Notes: generated by a model from the letters alone, not told the origin. DNA of 39,441 nucleotides from Methyloligella sp. (GCA_027058255.1 JALUTE010000080.1:1-39441), one strand, 5' to 3'; shown: positions 18,130 through 26,575, numbered from the stretch's first letter. Numbers and translations are program-made.

Positions 18130-18810
18130 ATGAAACTTGATTCCGAGTTCTTCGACAGTATCAGGATCAAGCCCGACGACAAGCGCGCCCGCGCCAAGCA
18201 GCACCCCGGTTGTCAGTGGCGCGGTTGCCGGGAGGCGGGTCTCTATCGCGCGCCCAAGGGGCGTGGCCGGGAGGGGGAGTATTTCCACCTTTGCCTGGAT
18301 CACGTGCGCCAATACAACAAGTCCTACAACTACTTCAATGGCATGACGGACGAGGAGATCGTCGATTTCCAGGAGTCCGCCCTCACGGGCCACCGGCCCA
18401 CCTGGGACATGGGGGTGAATGCCTGGGCGCGTGGCAAGGACGGCGGCGCCGGACGCAGCCGGGGCGACGAGGCCGGCGGGACGGCGGGTAGTGCGCCGCC
18501 GGGCTCGGCCGCCCCTGGAGGGTTCCGCCATGGGTTTGCGGCTGAGGACCCGCACGGGCTCTTCTCCCGCGCCGGCGGGTCCGGGGAGCGCGCGCCGCAA
18601 GGGCCGCGCCGGCCCATTCGCAAGCTGGAGCGCCGGTGTCTGCGTGCCCTCAATCTGGACGACCATGCAAGCGCAGAGGAGATCAAGCTGCGCTACAAGG
18701 AGCTGGTCAAGCGCCACCATCCGGACACCAGCGGTGGGCAGGGCTCGGAGGACAAGTTGCGCGAAGTCATCCAAGCCTATAAATACCTCAAGGAGGTAGG
18801 GCTCGCTTGA
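18130..18810 (+). CDS. J-domain protein with N-terminal Cys/His cluster
   Basis: The C-terminal J domain carries HPD (LNLDDHASAEEIKLRYKELVKRHHPDTSGG...VIQAYKYLK). The N-terminus has CQWRGC...HLCLDH, a putative zinc-binding cluster. It is divergent from bolA. Confidence 0.85.
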   Translation: MKLDSEFFDSIRIKPDDKRARAKQHPGCQWRGCREAGLYRAPKGRGREGEYFHLCLDHVRQYNKSYNYFNGMTDEEIVDFQESALTGHRPTWDMGVNAWARGKDGGAGRSRGDEAGGTAGSAPPGSAAPGGFRHGFAAEDPHGLFSRAGGSGERAPQGPRRPIRKLERRCLRALNLDDHASAEEIKLRYKELVKRHHPDTSGGQGSEDKLREVIQAYKYLKEVGLA

Positions 18811-18991
18811 GCCTGCCAGGCGTGAAGCTCCGCATCAGTGCCAGTGGGAGCGACATGCGCCCTCGCGGGTGGCGTGGTGCCGCCCGTGCGACATGAGGAA
18901 CCGGCGATGCCCGCCAATGTCTCCGGCCAGATCGGCGGGGAGCGGGCGTGGTGCCGCCGGTCGCGACAGATCCTGACATCGGGTCCCGATC

Positions 18992-19981
18992 ATGAGCCTC
19001 GACAGACAAGACGGTGTGCCCGGCACGCCGGACATGACCGTATCCGTGCGCCAGCTCTTCGGCATCGATACCGATCTGGAGGTGCCCGCCTATGCGACCG
19101 CCGACGAGCACGTGCCGGAGCTCGACCCGGATTATCTCTTCAACCGTGAGACGACCCTCGCGATCCTCGCCGGCTTCGCGCACAACCGGCGGGTGATGAT
19201 CCAGGGCTATCACGGCACCGGCAAGTCCACCCATATCGAGCAGGTCGCGGCCCGGCTCAACTGGCCCTGCATCCGCATCAATCTCGACAGCCATGTGAGC
19301 CGCATCGATCTCGTCGGCAAGGATGCGATCGTCATTCGCGACGGCCAGCAGGTGACCGAGTTCCGCGAGGGCATTCTCCCCTACGCCTTGCAGACCAACA
19401 CGGCGCTGGTGTTCGACGAGTATGATGCCGGCCGCCCGGACGTGATGTTCGTCATTCAGCGCGTGCTCGAGGTCTCCGGGCGCCTCACGCTGCTCGACCA
19501 GTCCAAGGTGATCCGTCCGCATCCGGCCTTCCGCCTGTTCGCGACCACCAACACCATCGGGCTCGGCGACACCTCCGGGCTCTATCACGGCACGCAGCAG
19601 ATCAATCAGGGCCAGATGGACCGCTGGTCCATCGTTGCGACCCTCAACTATCTGCCCCATGACGACGAGGTGCGGATCGTGCTCGCCAAGGTCAAGTCGT
19701 TCAACTCCAAGAAGGGGCAGGAGACCATATCGAGCATGGTCAGGGTTGCGGACCTCACCCGCAGCGCCTTCATGAACGGCGATCTCTCGACCGTGATGAG
19801 CCCGCGCACGGTCATCACCTGGGCCGAGAATGCGGAGATCTTCAAGGATATCGGTTTCGCGTTCCAGCTCTCCTTCCTCAACAAGTGCGACGAGCTCGAG
19901 CGCCCGCTGGTGGCCGAGTTCTACCAGCGCTGTTTCGGCGAGGAGCTGCCCGAGTCGGCCGCCAATGTCGCGCTGAGCTGA
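18992..19981 (+). CDS. cobS: CobS-type AAA+ ATPase (aerobic cobaltochelatase small subunit family)
   Basis: 329 aa. Walker A is GYHGTGKST and Walker B is [13 protein letters not shown]. The N-terminus ([16 protein letters not shown]) and overall length match my memory of CobS. Confidence 0.88.
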   Translation: MSLDRQDGVPGTPDMTVSVRQLFGIDTDLEVPAYATADEHVPELDPDYLFNRETTLAILAGFAHNRRVMIQGYHGTGKSTHIEQVAARLNWPCIRINLDSHVSRIDLVGKDAIVIRDGQQVTEFREGILPYALQTNTALVFDEYDAGRPDVMFVIQRVLEVSGRLTLLDQSKVIRPHPAFRLFATTNTIGLGDTSGLYHGTQQINQGQMDRWSIVATLNYLPHDDEVRIVLAKVKSFNSKKGQETISSMVRVADLTRSAFMNGDLSTVMSPRTVITWAENAEIFKDIGFAFQLSFLNKCDELERPLVAEFYQRCFGEELPESAANVALS

Positions 19982-19986
19982 GACCC

Positions 19987-21891
19987 ATGGCCCCCTCCCG
20001 CACCATGGCGAAGCAGGCCGCACCGGAGGCGCCGAACGAGCCCTTCAAGCGCGCGCTCGCCCAGGCGGCGCGGGCCATCGCCGGCGATGGCGCCTTGCAG
20101 GTCACCTACACCACGGGGCTTGCCGCCCTCGAGGGCTCGGTCATGCAACTGCCCGAGCCCTCGCGCCGCCCCGATGCCCGCGAGATCGCGGTGCTGCGGG
20201 GCCATGCCGATTCCCTCGCGCTCACCCGGGCCTGCCACAGCCCTGCGGTCCATCGGGCCGTGGCGCCCGCCGGCGGGCTGGCGCGGGCGGTGTTCGAGGC
20301 CGGCGAGCTCGCCCGCATCGAGGCCCTCGGCGCGCGGCGCATGTCCGGCATGGCGGACAATCTGGATGCCAAGACCCGCAGCCGCTTCGGGCATGGCCGC
20401 TATGCCACCGTCGCGAGCCCCGAAGAGGCACCGCTGGAGGATGCGCTGGCGCTCATCATGCGCGAGCGCCTGACAGGCATGCCGCCGCCGGAGGAAGCGC
20501 TCGGGCTTGTCGAGGCCTGGCGGTCCTGGATCGAGGAGCGTGCCGGAAGCCTGCTCGACCGCATGGGCGCGCTTGTGGAGGACCAGAAGGCGTTCGCCCT
20601 CCTCTTGCGCGACATGTTGCAGGCCTTCGAGCTCGCCGACGAGCCCGCGGAGGGCGAGCGGGACAGCGCGGACGGCGAGCCCGACCCGGAGAGCGGCGAG
20701 GCGGATGGCGAGGGCCGCGAGGAGGAGGATGGCGAGAGCGCGCCCGAGGCGCCGCAAAGCGAGGAGGATGCCCAGGGCGAGGCCAGGGAGGATCTCGACA
20801 GCGGCGAGGTCGGGACCACGGACATGTTCGAGGGCGAGGCGCCGGGCGATCAGAGTGCCCGCACCCAGCAGCCCTGGCGTCCCAATCCCTCGGTGCTCGA
20901 GCAGCCAGAGGCCTTCGGCTACGAGGTCTATTCGCGAAAATATGACGAGGAGATCGAGGCGAGCGAGCTGTGCTCGCCTGCGGAGCTGGAGCGTCTGCAC
21001 AGCTTTCTGGAGAAGGAGCTGCGGGGCCTGCAGGGCGCCGTGGCACGCCTCGCCAACCGACTGCAGCGCCGGCTCATGGCCCAGCAGAACCGCTCCTGGG
21101 AGTTCGACCTCGAGGAAGGCATTCTCGATGCGGCGCGGCTTGCCCGCGTCATCGTCGACCCCCTGCACCCGCTCTCCTTCAAGCATGAGAAGGACATGGA
21201 GTTCCGCGACACCGTCGTGACCCTGCTCCTCGACAATTCGGGCTCCATGCGCGGCCGGCCCATCATGGTCGCCGCATGCTGCGCCGATATTCTTGCACGC
21301 ACCCTGGAGCGGTGCGGCGTCAAGACCGAGATCCTGGGCTTCACCACCCGCGCCTGGAAGGGGGGGCAGGCGCGTGAGCAGTGGCTCGCCGCCGGCAAGC
21401 CCGCCCATCCCGGCCGTCTCAACGATCTGAGGCATATCGTCTACAAGACCGCCGATGCCCCCTGGCGGCGCGCGCGGCGCAATCTCGCCCTGATGATGCG
21501 CGAGGGGCTGCTGAAGGAGAACATCGACGGCGAGGCGCTGGCCTGGGCGCATGCGCGCCTGCTCGCCCGGCCCGAGCAGCGGCGCATCCTGATGATGATC
21601 TCCGATGGCGCGCCGGTGGACGATTCCACCCTCTCGGTCAATTCCGGCACCTATCTCGAGCGCCATTTGCGCCGGGTGATCGAGGAGATCGAGACCCGCT
21701 CCCCGGTCGAGCTGCTTGCCATCGGCATCGGCCATGACGTCACGCGCTATTATCGCCGTGCGGTCACCATCACCGATCCGAGCGAGCTCGCCGGGGCCAT
21801 GACCGACAAGCTCGTCGAGCTTTTCGAGGAGCGCGCCGCGCCCGGCACCACGACAGGGCGACCGGGCTGGCCCGGCCGCCGGCTGCGTTGA
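19987..21891 (+). CDS. cobT: CobT-type vWA protein (cobaltochelatase subunit family)
   Basis: Lies within ORF 19885..21891, with the start at ATG 19987, 5 nt after the cobS stop. It has a central acidic linker ([32 protein letters not shown]...). The C-terminal vWA domain has a MIDAS motif ([11 protein letters not shown]). Confidence 0.87.
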   Translation: MAPSRTMAKQAAPEAPNEPFKRALAQAARAIAGDGALQVTYTTGLAALEGSVMQLPEPSRRPDAREIAVLRGHADSLALTRACHSPAVHRAVAPAGGLARAVFEAGELARIEALGARRMSGMADNLDAKTRSRFGHGRYATVASPEEAPLEDALALIMRERLTGMPPPEEALGLVEAWRSWIEERAGSLLDRMGALVEDQKAFALLLRDMLQAFELADEPAEGERDSADGEPDPESGEADGEGREEEDGESAPEAPQSEEDAQGEAREDLDSGEVGTTDMFEGEAPGDQSARTQQPWRPNPSVLEQPEAFGYEVYSRKYDEEIEASELCSPAELERLHSFLEKELRGLQGAVARLANRLQRRLMAQQNRSWEFDLEEGILDAARLARVIVDPLHPLSFKHEKDMEFRDTVVTLLLDNSGSMRGRPIMVAACCADILARTLERCGVKTEILGFTTRAWKGGQAREQWLAAGKPAHPGRLNDLRHIVYKTADAPWRRARRNLALMMREGLLKENIDGEALAWAHARLLARPEQRRILMMISDGAPVDDSTLSVNSGTYLERHLRRVIEEIETRSPVELLAIGIGHDVTRYYRRAVTITDPSELAGAMTDKLVELFEERAAPGTTTGRPGWPGRRLR

Positions 21892-21926
21892 CACTGCGCG
21901 CTTCCGAAATATTTCTCCGCGACGGC

Positions 21927-21968
21927 TTGACTTACGTCAATGCCGCACGATCGCTCTCCACGGATAGT
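21927..21968 (+). promoter_or_regulatory. FNR/FixK-type box plus -10 element (class II geometry)
   Basis: TTGAC-TTAC-GTCAA at 21927-21940 is a perfect TTGA-N6-TCAA dyad. GATAGT at 21963-68 lies about 32 nt from the dyad centre, as expected for a site centred near -41.5. The element is 36 nt after the cobT stop and about 205 nt before ATG 22145. Confidence 0.55.
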
Positions 21969-22144
21969 TGCCCACATTCGTGAACCGGGCGGCGGCCGCG
22001 CTCCATGCGCCCCGCCGCGTCTCGACGCCCCATTCTGTCATCTCTCTCGCGCACCTCGCCGCAGCGGGGCGGCGAGGGTGAGGGCGTGGCGAGGGAGCCG
22101 TTCGAGGCCGGTCCCACGACGACAAGGCGTGATGGAGTGCGGGC

Positions 22145-23275
22145 ATGGACAAGCATCGACGGTGGCTCCCCTCCCTGGCCGCTCTTGGCATCTCGGCGAG
22201 GGCGGGACTTGCGGCCATGGCTCTCCTTCTCGCGTCGCCCCTCGTGGGCCCGTCTCTCGGACCCGGTGCGTGGCTCGGCAAGGCGCTCGGCCCGGGCGGC
22301 GCGGCATGGGCGCAGGTGGCCGCGCCCGGCAACCGGCTCGGCACCGCACCGCCGCCGGCACGCCTGTGGCGCGACATACGCCGCGGACGGGCGGGCGCGC
22401 CATCGGGAACGGCCATCGGAACGGGCGTTCTGGTGCAGTCTGAGGGGCAGAGATGGCGCGAGCTGCACAACCGCCGCGTCAGGCCCTATGGCGGCTGGGC
22501 GCTCCTCGGATCACTCGGGGCCGTGGCGCTCTTCTTCGCCCTGCGCGGCCGGGTGCGCCTGGACGGCCCGCGCACGGGGCGGCGGATGGCCCGCTTCACC
22601 CAGGCGGAGCGGGTCGTGCACTGGTATGTGGCGGGCCTGTTCGTTCTCCTGGCCGTGAGCGGCCTGACGCTCATGTTCGGCCGCGGCCTGCTTCTTCCTG
22701 TCATGGGCAAGAGTGCCTATGGCGCCCTCGCCAGTGCCATGCTCCAGGGGCACAATCTGTTCGGGCCGCTGTTCATTGCGGGCATCCTGGTCATGGCCGC
22801 CCTCTTCCTGAAGGACAATTTGCCCCAGAAGGGCGACCTTCTGTGGATCGCGAAAGGCGGGCCGTGGATGCGCAGCCATGCGCCGTCATGGAAATACAAT
22901 ATCGCCGAGAAGGCCTGGTACTGGCTGGCGGTCGTCGCGGGCCTCGTGCTCTCGGCAAGCGGGCTGGTGATGGAGTTTCCGTGGGTGTTCCGCGACATTT
23001 CGTGGATTCAGCTCGCCAATCTTTCCCATGGCATCGCCGCGCTGGCCATCATGGCCGTGGCCCTCGGGCACATCTATCTCGGAACGATCGGCGTGGAGGG
23101 TGCTCTCGAAGGCATGACGACGGGCAGTGTCGAGGAAGCCTGGGCCTTTCAGCATCACGAGATGTGGGCGCGCGAGACCGCCGCCGGATCGGCCGGGGCG
23201 CGCGGCGGCACCGAGGCCGAAAGCGAAGGCGCGCGGCCGGGGGCGGCACGAGCCGGCCACGCGGCCGCCGAGTAG
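22145..23275 (+). CDS. FdnI/FdoI-type di-haem cytochrome b (formate dehydrogenase gamma-subunit family) with N-terminal extension
   Basis: It has four TM helices with candidate haem His ligands (RVVHWYVAG, MLQGHNLFG, LSHGIAALAIMAVALGHIYLG) and a family-typical C-terminus (GSVEEAWAFQHHEMW). An N-terminal extension of about 110 aa has an RR-containing hydrophobic leader (KHRRWLPSLAALGISA). Confidence 0.8.
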   Translation: MDKHRRWLPSLAALGISARAGLAAMALLLASPLVGPSLGPGAWLGKALGPGGAAWAQVAAPGNRLGTAPPPARLWRDIRRGRAGAPSGTAIGTGVLVQSEGQRWRELHNRRVRPYGGWALLGSLGAVALFFALRGRVRLDGPRTGRRMARFTQAERVVHWYVAGLFVLLAVSGLTLMFGRGLLLPVMGKSAYGALASAMLQGHNLFGPLFIAGILVMAALFLKDNLPQKGDLLWIAKGGPWMRSHAPSWKYNIAEKAWYWLAVVAGLVLSASGLVMEFPWVFRDISWIQLANLSHGIAALAIMAVALGHIYLGTIGVEGALEGMTTGSVEEAWAFQHHEMWARETAAGSAGARGGTEAESEGARPGAARAGHAAAE

Positions 23276-23306
23276 AGGGCTGACGATCGCTCGGGAGCGA
23301 CAAGAC

Positions 23307-23960
23307 ATGGAAACCCCGTTCTGGCTTTGGCTGATCGAGGGGCCGTTCTGGCTCATCGCAGCCACGATCTTTGTTCTCGGCGTCGGCTGGCGGCTGGTGA
23401 GCCTTCTGGCGCTCGGGCGAAGGCGCGATCTCTCCGTGCCGCGCGGCTCGGCCGCCGGCGGGGCGCTCAGGGCCATCCTTCTGCATTTCATTCCCCATGG
23501 CGGCTTCTTCTCCAGCACCACGTTCCACGTGCTCACAGGCTATCTGTTCCACCTCGCCCTGTTCGCGCTTCTCCTCTTCGCCGCGCCGCATGTGACGTTT
23601 CTGGAGAAGAACGTGCTCGGCTTTGCCTGGCCCGCCATGCCGCGCTGGGCCTTCATCGTGACGGCCGAGCTCGCCTTCGCCGGCCTCATCCTGCTCTGGG
23701 CGCGGCGCATCTCCGACCCCGTCCAGCGCCAGATCACCGATGGCGGGGATCATGCCCAGCTCTGGCTCACCTTCGCGGTGATGCTCACCGGGTGCCTTGC
23801 CCTCGAGGAGGCGAGCCTTGCCCTGCGCGGCCTGCACATGGTGATGGTGGAGCTGTGGCTCATCTACTTCCCCTTCTCGCGCCTGATGCACGCCTTCACC
23901 TGGGCCCTGAGCCGCGGCGCCATGGGGGCCACCTTCGGACGCAGGGGAGTGATGCCATGA
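23307..23960 (+). CDS. NarI/DsrM/HdrE-like membrane cytochrome b
   Basis: Starts at ATG 23307 inside ORF 23127..23960. It has about 5 TM helices with conserved-looking His residues (LLHFIPHGG, FHVLTGYLFH, FSRLMHAF). Confidence 0.72.
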   Translation: METPFWLWLIEGPFWLIAATIFVLGVGWRLVSLLALGRRRDLSVPRGSAAGGALRAILLHFIPHGGFFSSTTFHVLTGYLFHLALFALLLFAAPHVTFLEKNVLGFAWPAMPRWAFIVTAELAFAGLILLWARRISDPVQRQITDGGDHAQLWLTFAVMLTGCLALEEASLALRGLHMVMVELWLIYFPFSRLMHAFTWALSRGAMGATFGRRGVMP

Positions 23961-25321
23961 GTGCGACCACGGCAGCGGCCGGCGCCCCGGCCATGGGCGG
24001 CGCGCGCGCGAAAGAGCAGGCGAAGGGCGGCATCGCGCCGGCCATCGAGGCGCTCAAGGGCAAGATCGACAGCACCGTGGCGGCGCAGCTCGAGGCCTGC
24101 ATCCACTGCGGCCAATGCGCCGAGGCGTGCCATTTCTATCTCACCTCGGGTGATCCGCGCCTGACGCCCCGCCACAAGCTGGTGCCGCTGGAGACCGTCT
24201 ATCGCCGGCACATGGCGCCCTTCTCCGGCCTTGCCCGCATGTTCGCCCTGGCGCCCGCGGACCTGACCCGGGCCGATCTCGAAGCCTGGGCGGAGCTGCT
24301 CTATGACAGTTGCACGCTCTGCGGGCGCTGCACGGTGGTCTGCCCCATGGGCATCGACATCGCCTCCCTGGTGCGCCTCTCGCGCGCCGCGCTGGTGGCA
24401 GCCGATCTCGTGCCCGAGAGCATGCAGGCGGCGGCCGATCGCGCCGTTGCCCAGGGCAGCCCCCTCATCACCGAGGAGGTGATGCGCCGCGTCTGCGCCG
24501 CCCAGGAGAAGGAGACCGGCATCCGGGTGCCCATCGACAAGCAGGGCGCCGAGTACATGGTCGCCCTCTCGGCCATGGAATATCTCAACTTCTACGAGGT
24601 GATCGGAGCGCTGGCGCGAATCTTCAAGGCGGCCGGCATCGACTGGACCATCGCCTCGAAGGGTTTCGAGGCCACCAATATCGGCTATCAGATGGGCTCG
24701 GACGCCATCGCCCGCACCCTGGTCTCGCGCATTGTCGATGCCGCCCACGACCTCGGCGTGAAATATGTTGTCTCGCCCGAATGCGGCCATGCCTATACCG
24801 CCCTCAACTGGGAGGGGCCGAACATGGTGGGCAGGCCGTTCGACTTCGAGGTGGTGCACATCCTGGAGCTGCTCGACCGACTTGTGCGCGAGGGGCGCAT
24901 CCGGCTCGCGCCGGACGAGACGCGGCGCGTGACCTATCACGACCCCTGCCAGATCTCGCGCCGCGGCGGCGTGATCGAGGAGCCGCGCCATCTGTTGCGC
25001 GCGCTTGGCGCGAATTTCGTCGAGATGAAGCGCCATGGCGTGGCCAATATCTGCTGCGGCGGTGGCGGCGGCGTGAGCGCGGTGACGCGGGCGGAGGAGC
25101 GGCGCATTGCGGCCTTCGCCTGCAAGAAGGCGCAGATCGACGAGCTCGGCGGCATCGAGGGGCTGGTGACCGCCTGCGCCAATTGCCGCAACGTGCTCGA
25201 GGAGGCCATCGACGCCTGGGACATGGAGCTGCCGGTGCTCGGCCTGACCGAGCTGGTGGCCGAGCATCTGGTGGACGAGGCCCCCGCCGAGGAGGCCGGG
25301 GCGCCGGCCGGGGCCGCCTGA
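23957..25321 (+). CDS. HdrD/DsrK/GlpC-like Fe-S protein with CCG domain
   Basis: Starts at ATG 23957, which overlaps the upstream stop (ATGA), inside ORF 23327..25321. It has two ferredoxin-type motifs, CIHCGQCAEAC and CTLCGRCTVVCP. The C-terminal CCG domain reads YHDPCQ...NICCGGGGG...ACANCRN. The first CCG-like repeat has lost its cysteines. Confidence 0.85.
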   Translation: MSATTAAAGAPAMGGARAKEQAKGGIAPAIEALKGKIDSTVAAQLEACIHCGQCAEACHFYLTSGDPRLTPRHKLVPLETVYRRHMAPFSGLARMFALAPADLTRADLEAWAELLYDSCTLCGRCTVVCPMGIDIASLVRLSRAALVAADLVPESMQAAADRAVAQGSPLITEEVMRRVCAAQEKETGIRVPIDKQGAEYMVALSAMEYLNFYEVIGALARIFKAAGIDWTIASKGFEATNIGYQMGSDAIARTLVSRIVDAAHDLGVKYVVSPECGHAYTALNWEGPNMVGRPFDFEVVHILELLDRLVREGRIRLAPDETRRVTYHDPCQISRRGGVIEEPRHLLRALGANFVEMKRHGVANICCGGGGGVSAVTRAEERRIAAFACKKAQIDELGGIEGLVTACANCRNVLEEAIDAWDMELPVLGLTELVAEHLVDEAPAEEAGAPAGAA

Positions 25322-25365
25322 GGCGTCGCGGACGGGCGCACCCCCGTGAGAGCCGCGAAACCCGG

Positions 25366-25397
25366 AAAAAAAGAGCCGCCCGGTGTTGGGGCGGCTC
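25366..25397 (-). terminator. rho-independent terminator (minus strand)
   Basis: The minus strand reads GAGCCGCCC-CAACACC-GGGCGGCUC followed by UUUUUUU: a perfect 9-bp G/C stem, a 7-nt loop and a U7 tract. On the plus strand the hairpin is not followed by a T-tract. Confidence 0.7.
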
Positions 25398-25500
25398 GAG
25401 GCGAAGCGCGGCGCGCGGGGCGGGGAGGTCCGCGCTCCTGACGCACATCGGGAGGAGGGCCCTGGGGGAGGAATGGCCCTGCTTTCACTCTCCTTGCATG
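25366..25500 (-). ncRNA. candidate trans-acting sRNA with anti-SD (CCUCC) loops, alpha-r14/NfeR1-like
   Basis: The minus strand reads AGGGCC-AUUCCUCCCCCAG-GGCCCU-CCUCCC...GCGCGG-ACCUCCCCGCC-CCGCGC...terminator, about 115 nt from the first stem to U7. No credible minus-strand ORF exists here. The 5' end and promoter were not identified. Confidence 0.45.
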
Positions 25501-25662
25501 CGGTGCGCTCGTATCCTGTCGCACCGTCAGGCTCGGGGGCGATCCCCGTGCTCGCCCAGGCCCTGACGGGGGGCTTGGCCCCGGCGAGCGGGTAAGGATC
25601 GCCCGCACTTCAAACATGGGGACGGGGCGGTCTCGAGGCAAAACACACCGCCTCAACTCCCC

Positions 25663-26544
25663 GTGACGGCGCGCGCGCTGTCGATGGCTTCGCCTTGCGT
25701 GCGCCGCTGCCCCGTCTTGATCTCGCGCCCCGCCTGCGACTATGGCACAGTCGCTGGCGAAGCTTTGGTCGGGGGGCGAGGCATCGTGGCATTCATCACC
25801 GTCGTTGTGGCGTCCGTGACGCTCTTCTTTCTCGTGACGACCGTCCTGCCGTCGCTGCGCGGCGCGCGGGGGCGAGGAGGGCTCGATGCCACGCCGGACA
25901 CGCCCGTTTCCTTCGGCTATGGCATGGGATGGCTCGCCATTCGCACCGAAGAGAGCGAACATGTGCGCGACGCTCTCGGCCTCGAGGGTGTGGAGCCTGC
26001 GAACTGGCGCTCGGGGATCGCCGCGGTCTATGACGAGTCCGCGGGCCCGGCCCGGGTCTTCGTCTCGCCACCCGTGGGGGGCTGGACCTTCGTTGTCTCG
26101 CTGGCGCTCCCCCTGCCCATGGGGCCCGCCTTCGAGGACCGGACCACGCCGCTTCTGCATGCGCTCGCCGACGCCTTCAGCGAGGTGCAGTACTATTTCA
26201 CGGACCCGCTGATCGGCCATTTCGCCTGGGCACGGATCGTGGACGGCAGGATCCTACGCGCCTTCGCCTGGGGCGATGAGGGGGTGGTGTGGAACAGGGG
26301 GGCGCTGAGCCGGGCGGAGCGTGCCATGGGCTTGAGCCTGACGGAGCTTCGCAGCGTCGGGCCCGGCGGGCGGGTGGCGCGCCGCATCGAGCCCAAGATG
26401 GCGATCACCGAGGACCAGGTGCTCAGCCTTGCGGGCCGCTGGAGCATCGACCCATCGCGGCTCGAGGGCGCGCTGGCGGAGCCGGCGGTCGGCTATGTCG
26501 GCCCGGCTCCTGCCGCATGGCGCCCACGCCGCAAGCGCCGCTGA
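25663..26544 (+). CDS. hypothetical protein with one N-terminal TM helix
   Basis: 293-aa ORF with G/C-rich third positions and a non-repetitive composition (GWLAIRTEESEHVRDALGL...VFVSPPVGGWTFVV...HFAWARIVDGRILRAF). The TM helix is IVAFITVVVASVTLFFLVTTVL. An alternative GTG start at 25786 is preceded by GAGG. I do not recognise a family. Confidence 0.55.
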   Translation: MTARALSMASPCVRRCPVLISRPACDYGTVAGEALVGGRGIVAFITVVVASVTLFFLVTTVLPSLRGARGRGGLDATPDTPVSFGYGMGWLAIRTEESEHVRDALGLEGVEPANWRSGIAAVYDESAGPARVFVSPPVGGWTFVVSLALPLPMGPAFEDRTTPLLHALADAFSEVQYYFTDPLIGHFAWARIVDGRILRAFAWGDEGVVWNRGALSRAERAMGLSLTELRSVGPGGRVARRIEPKMAITEDQVLSLAGRWSIDPSRLEGALAEPAVGYVGPAPAAWRPRRKRR

Positions 26545-26575
26545 ACGGCCTTATGCGCGGCGCGTACGATCAGTC

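Noticed and set aside
22055-22110. Hairpin CTCGCCGC-N6-GCGGCGAG followed by four G3-4 tracts (GGGGCGGCGAGGGTGAGGGCGTGGCGAGGG), a possible G-quadruplex in the 5' UTR of the cytochrome b gene.
   Set aside because: G-tracts of this kind are frequent by chance in about 70% GC DNA. One loop is 8 nt, and nothing else supports a function.
25383-25595. 70-aa plus-strand ORF, or its 40-codon core from ATG 25473 (MALLSLSLHAVRSYPV...), in the gap after the HdrD-like gene.
   Set aside because: The GGAGGA directly abuts the ATG, which is poor spacing. There is no motif or hydrophobic helix. The local hairpins and the U7 terminator are oriented for the minus strand. I kept it as the alternative explanation in the sRNA finding.
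25743-25758. Sigma-54-like -24/-12 element TGGCAC-AGTCG-CTGGC, placed about 30 nt before the alternative GTG start (25786) of the hypothetical gene. rpoN is in the window. Another TGGCAC occurs at 13325.
   Set aside because: The invariant GC of the -12 element is GG here, and at 13325 the spacing is off by one. No enhancer-binding protein gene is nearby. It is worth only a PWM check, not a call.
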